A stretch of DNA of 62,950 bases, the filler included, from Octopus bimaculoides (lineage: Eukaryota), in NCBI RefSeq assembly GCF_001194135.2. It is 5 parts of 5 records of this genome, joined end to end, with 100 filler letters (N's around TTAATTAATTAA, not from the genome) between each part and the next. Parts side by side here need not be neighbours in the genome. Positions count along the whole stretch, not along the records: positions 1 to 17,192 come from NC_068982.1; 4 more parts are not named here. The stretch is one strand, 5' to 3'. Of the stretch, positions 1 through 11,036 are shown piece by piece (the first letter of the stretch is position 1; the number at the start of each line of letters is the position of its first letter). The notes under the pieces were generated by a model, which searched no databases, had not been told where the DNA came from, and saw only the letters and a program-made list of their open reading frames with translations. The position numbers and the translations under genes are program-made.

Positions 1-85
1 TATAAAATAAACTTTACAAACAAACTTTTTAAAACATGAAAAAGGCAAAACTTACGGAGCCGACACGTCTACCGTCCGTCCATAG

Positions 86-142
<57 letters not shown>

Positions 143-203
143 TAGACGGACGGATGGCTGGATGGATGGATTCAGATACACACATACAAACACACACACT
201 CAC

Positions 204-242
<39 letters not shown>

Positions 243-319
243 TGTATACATATACATATGCATACATATATATACATGCAGGCATACATATCAAAATCTT
301 ATCTTGTATGTTAATCTTT

Positions 320-560
320 TATTCTTTTATTCTTTTACTTGTTTCAGTCATTTGACTGCGGCCATGCTGGAACACTGCCTTTACTCGAGCAAATCAACTC
401 CAAGACTTATTCTTTGTAAGCCTAGTACCTATTCTATCGGTCTCTTTTGCCGAACTGCTACGTTACGGAGACGTAAACACACCGGCATCGGTTGTCAAGC
501 GCATCGGTTGTACAAACGCAGACACACAAACATATACACAGACATACATACATATATATA

Positions 561-612
<52 letters not shown>

Positions 613-765
613 TATATACACACACACGACGGGCTTCTTTCAGTTTCCGTCTACTAAATCCACTCACAAGGCTTTGGTCGGCCCGGTAGAAGACACTCAC
701 CCAAGGTGCCACGCAGTGGGACTGAACCCCGAACCATGTGGCTGGTAAGTAAGCTACTTTATTTC
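320..765 (-). mobile_element. SINE family A (tRNA-derived head, CORE-like CACCTTGGG segment, internal microsatellite)
   Basis: Shares the GCGGCCATGCTGG/TTGTTTCAGTCA tail and GGTTCAGTCCC B-box-like head with many copies in this window. Confidence 0.85.
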
Positions 766-789
766 ATAAACATTTGCCATAAAGGTATA

Positions 790-1262
790 TATTTGCCATA
801 AAGGTATATATAAAATTTGTATTCCTTTGATGGGTTCGTCTTTTTCGTGTTACTCTAAGTTGTTCTATAAGTATCTCTTTTGCTCATTGTATGCTATTTT
901 CTATTAGTAGGAGAGGGTAATTTTGCTTGAGCAGAAATCCTTTGAGTTCTATAAGTCGTGTGTTTCTGGTATTTGGATCATCGACTATAGCACAAATTTT
1001 CCTGGCTAGACAGTGCGGGATGTTGCGTTTTGTTGGGTGGCATGATTTAAAATTTAGGTACTGGGATGTATCTGTGCTTTTGTAATAAATATCAGTTGTG
1101 ATTGTGGTGTTGTTTTTAATCACCATTATGTCAAGAAATGGTAATTGTGTGTTCCTCATTTCTCTTGTGAATTTGAGACCAGCGTGTAGATTATTGAGGA
1201 AGGTGCTAAACTCTTCCATATTTTCTAGGGATTTTGGTCCAAATTAGGAAACAGTCATGAAT
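790..1262 (-). mobile_element. Penelope-like element, RT C-terminal/thumb fragment
   Basis: DCFLIWTK (frameshift) then FLNNLHAGLKFT..LPFLDI..TDIYYKSTDTSQYLNFKSCHP..NIPHCLARKIC, typical of PLE reverse transcriptase. Confidence 0.85.
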
Positions 1263-1510
1263 GAGCATTACAAAATATTTTTTAATGTTAAAATACAATA
1301 ACAAAATACGTGAAAACCAGATCATGTTTTAACTTTATTCAACTGATATATATATGTATATACATATTAAGTACGTATGCATACACACTGACACACACAT
1401 ATGTCATACATCAGTGAATAAATTTTTGTTTATGAGTGTATATACGCGCGCGCTCGTGTGTGTGTGTAAAAAGAACACAAATGGGGTTGAAAAATTTACG
1501 AAATGCTGCT

Positions 1511-1613
<103 letters not shown>

Positions 1614-2609
1614 CACCATGCATTTTCCTCATGTTACATTTACGGCATGCTATATGTGCCTTCATATATCAGCAATTATTTCCATATCTGCTTATATTAA
1701 GTTCGGACTCTTGACATTGCTTCTGTCAGATGGTGCTCTTAGCCACAGTTATAAAATCGTTGCTTCATTTTCAATCTAAAGAGCCTCCGCCACCTTACAT
1801 AACAGCGGGGAAAGTTCTCATGCCTTGCTATTCAACTCTATACAATGTTTATTTCAATCAGACTTCCATAACAATATCATCTGGGTCATTTGTTTTTTTA
1901 CTGGGTTCGCAGATACCTAACAACATACAGAAGCATATTACCACAATATGCATATTATGCTGTGTATAGAGAATACCGGCCTTCTTCTCATTTACTTTTG
2001 TTAGGAAGCTTAAGAAATAGCAGAATATTTAACACTTGTATACACAACTTGGCGATTATATCGACTCAAAAGTATACATATATGTCCAGGTAAGAATCAC
2101 TCAATTCATATGTACAGCTTTGTTTAAACATGGCTCACTTACGTTACACATATTCTTGTATACAGTATTTCAGATTCACTGTCCTATTGTTTAAAATTCA
2201 TACGCAGGCTTGCAGCATTCACATATATCAATTCTGTGTATTTTATGCTTTAATGATTGTGACCAATCAAAGTGGCGAGCGAGGCAGTGAACACTAAGAG
2301 AGTTACATGATTCATTCTTTTGCTTTACAATTGTCAGTCAATCAGATCACTTCCTTTTGTTGCAAGTCACTTTTACTTAAGAGATCGTTTCTGAACGACT
2401 TTTGAATAATCAGCGCTCCCTTTATTTCTCAACTGGCGCCTAAAACTTACTAAGACAACGAAGTAGCAAAGTGCCACCAGACTCTTCATTGTATGTGTCT
2501 GTTATATTTAAAGTGCCATTACAATTGACACATCAACATTCACTGCATTTTTTTCCTTTTTTTATAATTAGAGTGACGCAGCAACTGTTACACTCACATT
2601 CAGTGAGTT

Positions 2610-2815
2610 TATCATGCTTAGCGATACCATAGCTGTCCTTTCTTCCTTCACCGAATATGTCTATTTATATTTAATGCGACATCAATACTGTCGCATTTTC
2701 CTCCACTGTATGTATCTGCTATATTTAGTGCGATACCAAAACTTCTGCATCTACCTTTACTGCATGTATCATATGCATTTACTGCGACATCAATACAGTG
2801 ATATCTACCGTCATG
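2610..2815. repeat. Degenerate 54-bp tandem repeat, 4 units
   Basis: GCGA(C/T) anchors at 2621, 2676, 2730 and 2784 (spacing 55, 54, 54). Confidence 0.8.
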
Positions 2816-3689
2816 GTGAGTTACAAATTAGTATAAAATCATTCTAAATAATGAAAGAAAATGGAAGTTTATATCTGATGAACATGATTGCTTTTATCGA
2901 ACTAGACATTATTTTAGTAAGTCAAAATCAAAGAGACAGATAGATAATCTCAGATTTATGATGTCCCAAAACAGATTTTTTTTTTTTTTTACAACTTATT
3001 AGATGCCTTCTATAATAGTAATTATTTGGCTTCGAATATCTTGCCATATGGTTTAAATATGATGAAAACGAATAAATATTTGCCAAAGCAATATCGCTCA
3101 CTCTTCTTTCCTTTTCAATAACATCACGGTCTGCACATCAACCTCGAGCCAATTTACCAGTTAATATTAACAAATTAACCTCATTTTTTGTTCTTCATTG
3201 AACATATGTCTGTCGCTCTATATTCTTTACATATCTACGTGATATCTGTAGCATAGGAAGAAAGTAGTAGCACACCACTATCAATATGTTCCAGTTAGAC
3301 ACTTAGGCCAGTCTAGCTTCTTTGAAGAAATATCTTTATTCCTAATTCTTCAATAATAAATTTTTTATCTTTTTTTTTAATGATTTCAGTGTTTCTACTG
3401 CAGCCATGCTGGAGTATCTCCTTCAGTAGTTTTGGACGATTATATCGATTCCATTACTTTTCATCAAATGTTTTTTTTTCTTTTTATTTTCTAATTTATA
3501 AAGAGAAGATCATTAATTTGACAGACCACTAGTGAAGGGTACTATGCGGATGGAATTGCTTCTCATTGAGGAAATGGAAATTAACTGGTGAAACCAATTA
3601 ACCCACTGTGATTTTTTTAGGCTGTTTTGGCTGTTTTAGATCTGAGTTCAGATTTGATAAGCGGCTAACACCGGTTGTTTTCAGTTCTT

Positions 3690-3900
3690 GACAGAATCGT
3701 TAGCGCGCCAGAAAAGAAAAACGGCTTTGCAGTATTACTTCTGGTTCTTTGCATTTTGAATTCAAATTCCGCTGAAGTCATCTTTGCCTTTCATCCTTTC
3801 GAGGTCGATACTAAAAAGTAAAGTTAAGTTCTGAGGTCGATGGCATCGAAGAATCCTTTCCCTCGAGTTTACTGACCTTGTGCCAAAATTAGAACCCCTT
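3690..3900 (+). mobile_element. SINE family B (~230 bp)
   Basis: AGAATCGTTAGC head and GCCTTTCATCCTTTCG(G/A)GGTCGATA central block shared with more than 12 copies here. Confidence 0.75.
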
Positions 3901-4113
3901 TATTGATTAGTCTTCTTGCGTCCTACTTTCTTCAACACAGCCCTGATAACATTTCACCTGGCAAACGTCAATGATGGATCCTATAACAGGCTTTTGTCCA
4001 ACTTCCAGAGAATGGTAGTTATCCTGTCAGGTTTTCTACTGTCATCTCTCTCTTTCTCCCCCTTTCTCTCTCTCCCTCTCTTTCCCCTCTTTCTCCCCTT
4101 CTATTCTCCCGCT

Positions 4114-4146
<33 letters not shown>

Positions 4147-4930
4147 AACTGTTCAATCCGAGGAGGAGATTAGGTATACCAACTTTGTTAGACCTCGCTT
4201 AACGATCATATTGGCTTTAGTTGATGTGAAAATTTGGTTTGGAGGCGATAAGATTATAACGTTTGGTAATAATTTATGCATTGCAGCAACATTTAGTTGT
4301 CATCACAAATAGCGGCTTCGAGTCTGAGGGTAACTGTGATTCTAATATCAAAATGGCTCAACATGTTACCCAAGTATGATATTGCATATGCCATAACACA
4401 CGTTTTTAAATGGAGAAATCAGTGGTAAGCAAACGAAATCAAGCATACTGGACTATCGAAAAAAATAGTCTACAAAGGATTTGAAATAGCAGGACTTTAA
4501 CAAGATCAAGCTAATGAACGAATCATTGATCAAATATACATTGTTTTCATTTCCTACAGTAATAACTGCACTTTATCAAGCTGTCTAGCGAAATGGTGAA
4601 AACATCGGTATAGCAGACATTTTGGCCTACTACGAACCATTGCAGATATGAGGTTTTTTCACACTAGCTACTTGATAAATTCTTATAAAAGACTTTATCC
4701 TATTATTAAGGTGTGTGTGTGTTTATATATATGTATGTATTTATATAGGGTTGTAAGATGCCTTTACATATACATATATATATATATACATACATATAGA
4801 TACGCGCACACACACACACACACACGCATACACACAGACACACNNNNNNNNNNNNNNNNNNNNNNNNNNNNNNNNNNNNNNNNNNNNNNNNNNNNNNNNN
4901 NNNNNNNNNNNNNNNNNNNNNNNNNNNNNN

Positions 4931-4985
<55 letters not shown>

Positions 4986-5299
4986 GGACGTGTGGCTCAA
5001 AATAAAGGATTGCATAAAATGACTTGTGATCACGATAAAGGATCGCATAAAACGACTTGTGATCTTTGATTGCAAACCTTTACGCTCTCAGTTGAAATCC
5101 TTTCGAGGGGACGATGCCTTTCATTCTTCAGGGCTTGGTAAAATAAGAACCAGTCGAATAATCTACAGTTCGTTCTTTCAAAATAACCTGCGGCTTTACG
5201 CCAATATAACAAATCAATACATTTATTTACATACGGAAAGGGTGTTCAATGTGGCCTCAACCGCAATTGGGAAAATAAACTAAAGAACATGAATATATA

Positions 5300-5746
5300 T
5301 TGGTTTCAAATTTTGGCACAAGGACAGCAATTTCGGGGGAAGGGGTGAGACAATTACATCGATCCCAGTGTTCAACTGGTACTTATTTTATCGACCTCCG
5401 AAAGGATGAAAAACAAAGTCGACCGCGGCGAAATGTGAACTCATGACGTAAAGACGAACGAAATGCTGCTAAGCATTTTCCTGGCATGCTAACGATTCTA
5501 CCAGCTCACCGCCTTAACATAAAAATTGGTTTCAAATTTTGGCACAGGATCAGCTATTTCAGCGGAGATGGCTAAGTCAATTACATCGATTCCAGTTGTC
5601 AACTGGTACTTATTTTATCAATCCTGAAAGGATGAAAGGCAAAATCGACCTCGGCAGAATTTGTATTCAGGACATAAAGATGTTCTGAAATGCCGCTAAG
5701 CTTTTCGACTGGCGTGCTAATGTTTCTGCCAGCTCGCCGCCTTAAC
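5300..5746 (-). mobile_element. Two head-to-tail SINE family B copies
   Basis: ~5300-5520 and ~5525-5746, each with the central block. Confidence 0.85.
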
Positions 5747-6622
5747 ATAAATAAATATTAGAGAAAGGAAACTCCTTTATGTACAAAACTCCTGATCAGC
5801 CTTTCCAAGATTCGAACTCTAAAGTAGTCTGTGTATTTCAAGTACTTCACCACCTAACATTTATCTACCAACACATGTCTGTGTGATTGTACGCGTGTGT
5901 TAGTGTTGCTTCTGTCATTATTTTTTTATATTGGTGAACGTCATTTCCAATATATATATTCATTTTTATTATTCAATATCATTTTTTTTTAAATGTTTCT
6001 TTGGAAAGAATTACAGAAATGAACAAAAATACAGTGCTAAAAGCAAAAGGATAAAAAACATTAAAGCTACGTAAAATACAATTTTAGGAATGAAAATATA
6101 AATCTAAGCTTAGCTTAGAAGATAAGTAACGACACGTATTAACAACATCCAATATAATCCAAAGTTTTAATAGCTGCTTCAACATCATCTTTTTGTTTTG
6201 TTCGGCCAGATTATAGGAAGTTAATATCCGAAGTCGTTTACCGCCTCTGGTGTTAGAAATCATGTTGTGTTTGTCTATTGAAGATAGCAGAAATAGCAGA
6301 AAGAATAGAAACAATATAGAACAGAGGAGGAGATGGCAGAAATATTGTCAATTATATATCGTTAGAATAAAGCTGTTTAATACAATGCAATATATTCTTT
6401 CATTATATTTTTTTTAATTCTTGCTCTCGTTGTCTATTCTGTTCTGTCCTCCACACTGATGTAATGTCTCCTCCTCTATTACGTCCCATTCAAAGGCGTT
6501 CTGCCCTACGAACTGACACTACATCTCTGTTTTGTCCTCCACATTGACACTCGTGTGTGGGTGTGTCTGTGTATGTGCGTATATGGGGGGGTCTGTGTGT
6601 GTGGGTGTCTGTATGGGGGATA

Positions 6623-6669
<47 letters not shown>

Positions 6670-6739
6670 ATGCCTGTATGTGAGAAAAAGAGAATGTATT
6701 TGCGCACGCATGTGTATGTGTGAGACCGTCTGTCTAGGA

Positions 6740-6809
<70 letters not shown>

Positions 6810-7168
6810 CTCTTTTACTCTTTTACTTGTTTCAGTCATTTGACTGCGGCCATGTTGGAGCACCGCCTTTAGTCGAGCAAATCAATCCCAGGACTTATTC
6901 TTTGTAATCCTAGTACTTATTCTATCGTGCTCTTTTGCCGAACCGCTAAGTTATGGGGACGTAAACACACCAGCATCGGTTGTCAAGCGATGTTGGGGGT
7001 ACAAACACAGACACACAAACATATATACACACATACATATATACATATATATACATATATACGTCGGGCTTCTTTGAGTTTCCGTCTACGAAATCCACTC
7101 ACAAGACTGAACTCGGAACTATATGGTTGGTAAGCAAGCTACTTACCACACAGCCACTCCTGCGCCTA
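6810..7168 (-). mobile_element. SINE family A
   Basis: Near full-length copy homologous to 320-765. Confidence 0.85.
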
Positions 7169-7184
7169 TGCATGCATGTGTGTG

Positions 7185-7395
7185 TGTGTGTGTGTGTGTA
7201 CCCCCATTATCGCTTGACAACCGATGCTGGTGTGTTTATGTCCCTGTAACCTAGCGGTTTGGCAAAGTGACCGATAGAATAAGTACTAGGCTTACAAAGA
7301 ATAAGTCTTGGGGTCGATTTGCTCGACTAAAGGCGGTGCGGTGCTCCAGCATTGCCGCAGTCAAATGACAGAAACAAGTAAAAGAGTAAAAGGGT
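7185..7395 (+). mobile_element. SINE family A, 3' half
   Basis: Reverse complement of ~6815-6990. Confidence 0.85.
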
Positions 7396-7640
7396 ATATA
7401 TATATATATAATCATTCACTTGTTTCAGTCACTGGACAGCAGCTATGCTGGGGTCATCGCCTTAAAGATTTTAGTCGAACAAATTAACCACCAGTACCTT
7501 TTTTTTAAAGTTTCCTACTTATTCTATCGTTCTCCTTTTCCCCGAACTCCTAAGTTACAGGTATATAGGACAAACCAGCATTGTTTGTCAAGCAGTGGAA
7601 GAGGGACACAAATCCAAAGACACAGAGGCACATAAGCGTG

Positions 7641-7678
<38 letters not shown>

Positions 7679-7720
7679 CACACACATATATATACACATA
7701 TAGATACACACATACACACA

Positions 7721-7809
<89 letters not shown>

Positions 7810-8288
7810 CCGCAACAACAACAAATAAGAGTTTTAAAAATCTCAGGAATGGCCCCCGTGACATGAATTTGGACAAAAGCGATGAAGCAAGTTATATTAA
7901 ATACTATACAAAATAAATTCTTTATTCAGTGAAATTATCTTTGCTTCCAGTCAAAGCAAATCAAATAACATCCGGTGGCAGCTGGGGTGAACCTAGAGTG
8001 GGGAGGCGAGATAATATCAAGAATTCTCCAAAATTTACAGGTTATTAAGGAAAAGTATCTGTTTTTGTTTTTATAGTTTTCTTCTAAAGACAAGGACAGT
8101 TGTTGATGCATGTTTCTGCCACATTAAGTGACATCAGTATAGCTGTTGCCTTATCTTGACTTCAGCAGATATAATACTTAAATATATACCAAAAGAATGA
8201 AGAACATTTATAGCGTAGAGTATTTTGCATAATTAAAACGGAAATTAGGTAAGAGAATTGACTCACATGTATGTATTGTTGTTGTTGT

Positions 8289-8913
8289 TGTTGTTTGCAG
8301 ATGATGCAGCACCAACAACACATTCGGGGGACCAACTGCAACACCTCATGGAGTCTGTTGGGACTTCGGTTTGACTATCAATCAGAAGACGAAAGTGCTG
8401 GGTCAAGGTATTGAGCAGTCTTTTACCGTTACAGTCGACAACTGCAAGTTAAATGTAGTCCATGAGTTCACATACCTCGGCTCCAACATCACAGGCAATC
8501 TCTCTGAAATCAATACACCTTAAAAGACAACCACAACACTAGCTACACTGGTAACGAGAGTTATGGGAACAGTAAGCTTCCGATGCAAACAAAGGTTACA
8601 GTCAGCAGAGCTTGAACTCAGCACGCTGCTTTACGGCAATGAAACCAAGAGTACCTTCTCCAGACAAGAGCAAATGTCTCAAAACTTCCACATACGCAGC
8701 CTGAAGTGGATCCTGGACATCAAGTGAACTGACCGAGATGCCAACAATGCAGTCCAAACTCACGTGCAGATACCCAGCATGCTCGTCCTACTGTGGCAAT
8801 GGCACCTCCACTGACTGGGCTACGTACACCGAATGCGAGATGCGGCGGGTGCCCTTGAATACTTGTTCTATGAGAAACTAGCAGCCGGCAAGATGCCTTC
8901 ATAAGAGACATGA
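8289..8913 (+). mobile_element. Decayed RTE-clade LINE, RT and C-terminal region
   Basis: LFADDAA, VVHEFTYLGS, STLLYG.ET and LGYVHRM motifs with stops and frameshifts. Confidence 0.85.
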
Positions 8914-10039
8914 AGTCTGGAGTCGATTTGTGCGACTAAACCCTTTAATGTGGTACCCCAGCATCATGGCTGCAGTTCAATAATTGAAACAGGTAAAAGA
9001 TGAAAGATAAAAATTCCAACATCTTTGGCAAGTTTATGTCATCCAATGAAAGAATCTTGTTTCTGATTTCGAAACTGGATCTCTCTGTTAATGAAAGATT
9101 TTCGAAATAAAATCAGAATTTACATCCACACATGCGTACATTCATTCACGCTCATCTATAAGTAGAACTTTGGTTTATCTAAAATTAGTAATCAACTTTT
9201 TTCCTCAGCTCTACCAAGGAAGGGCAACTATACATATATATATATANNNNNNNNNNNNNNNNNNNNNNNNNNNNNNNNNNNNNNNNNNNNNNNNNNNNNN
9301 NNNNNNNNNNNNNNNNNNNNNNNNNNNNNNNNNNNNNNNNNNNNNNNNNNNNNNNNNNNNNNNNNNNNNNNNNNNNNNNNNNNNNNNNNNNNNNNNNNNN
9401 NNNNNNNNNNNNNNNNNNNNNNNNNNNNNNNNNNNNNNNNNNNNNNNNNNNNNNNNNNNNNNNNNNNNNNNNNNNNNNNNNNNNNNNNNNNNNNNNNNNN
9501 NNNNNNNNNNNNNNNNNNNNNNNNNNNNNNNNNNNNNNNNNNNNNNNNNNNNNNNNNNNNNNNNNNNNNNNNNNNNNNNNNNNNNNNNNNNNNNNNNNNN
9601 NNNNNNNNNNNNNNNNNNNNNNNNNNNNNNNNNNNNNNNNNNNNNNNNNNNNNNNNNNNNNNNNNNNNNNNNNNNNNNNNNNNNNNNNNNNNNNNNNNNN
9701 NNNNNNNNNNNNNNNNNNNNNNNNNNNNNNNNNNNNNNNNNNNNNNNNNNNNNNNNNNNNNNNNNNNNNNNNNNNNNNNNNNNNNNNNNNNNNNNNNNNN
9801 NNNNNNNNNNNNNNNNNNNNNNNNNNNNNNNNNNNNNNNNNNNNNNNNNNNNNNNNNNNNNNNNNNNNNNNNNNNNNNNNNNNNNNNNNNNNNNNNNNNN
9901 NNNNNNNNNNNNNNNNNNNNNNNNNNNNNNNNNNNNNNNNNNNNNNNNNNNNNNNNNNNNNNNNNNNNNNNNNNNNNNNNNNNNNNNNNNNNNNNNNNNN
10001 NNNNNNNNNNNNNNNNNNNNNNNNNNNNNNNNNNNNNNA

Positions 10040-11036
10040 AGGTGGATGAGGAATTTGTTCCCAACCAAGCTCTTTGATCTTCTCTGATGTGATCTTTGCA
10101 GTGTGGGATCGCGCATTGTCCCGATGAAACATCACTCCTTTTCGATTCACTAAAGCGGGTCTTTTTTTCTTCAAAGCTTGGTTCAAACGCTCTAATTGCT
10201 GACAGTGGACTTGGGCATTGATTGTTGCATTAGGTGATAACAATTCGAAGTGAATTACTCCTTTGCAATCCCACCAGATAGAGAGAGGAACCTTTTTCCC
10301 ATGAAGTTCCCTTCTCGGTTGTGGTTGAGCTTTTTCTTTTACCAAGCCACTGTTTACGGCATTTAACATTTCGATAAAAGATCCATTTTTCGTCACCAGT
10401 CACAAGTCTATCCAAAATGGGTGAAATGAGTTTGCGAGAATGGAGAGAAGAGCAGATGTCAACTCGGGATTTGCGGTTGCTTTCGCACAATTCATGAGGC
10501 ACCCATTTTCTAAGTTTAGCAAACTTTCCAAGTTGTTGAAGATGACGATGAACAGTTGTATGGTTTGAACTAAGCTTTATTACCAATACTTCAACTGATA
10601 ATGCAGGATTTTCTTCAAGTTATGCCTGAAGGAGCTTATCATCAAACTCAACTGGACGTCCTGTTCGATCTTCATCCTCAAGGCTGAAATCTCCACTTCT
10701 GAATTTTGCAAACCATCTTCTGCAAGTTCTTTCATTCAAGCATTCTTTCCCATAAACTGAGTGTATGTTTCGAGTCACTTCGGCTGCAGAGTTTCCTTTT
10801 TTGTACTCATAAAGCATTATATACCTCAAATGCTCTTTGGATACTTCCATATTAGAAAGGGTTTTAACCAAAGAAATTTTGATTCTATTATTCTGTAAAA
10901 TAATATTTAATTAGTTTAAATGTACACAAATGCATAAAAATAATTTTTAATTCCATTATACATTCTAAAATACTATTAAATTTCATTCAATTTTAAAAAA
11001 GGTAAAATCGGACAGAACTTATGAGATGACTTGATA
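10040..11036 (-). mobile_element. Mariner transposon, 5' TIR plus disrupted transposase
   Basis: HTH MEVSKEHLRYIMLYEY, WVPHEL, TGDEKW, DNARSH and IPHPP motifs. Premature TAA at 10620-10622 and a frameshift near 10335. TIR-like end TATCAAGTCATCTCATAAGTTCTGTCCG at a TA (~11004-11036). The 3' part lies in the gap. Confidence 0.92.

Noticed and set aside
69-748. ORFs such as poly-(HT), (YI), (CV) and (SIYL), here and throughout the track
   Set aside because: They are translations of CA, TA and TAGA microsatellites and SINE bodies, with no protein signal.
5095-5140. CTGAAGA...GAAA on the minus strand resembling a hammerhead
   Set aside because: No convincing stem II or helix III.
9170-10116. Long ORFs of 250-400 aa (also at 15.6, 21.8, 23.1, 26.9, 31.2, 32.3 and 59.4 kb)
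   Set aside because: They are open only because they cross N runs.
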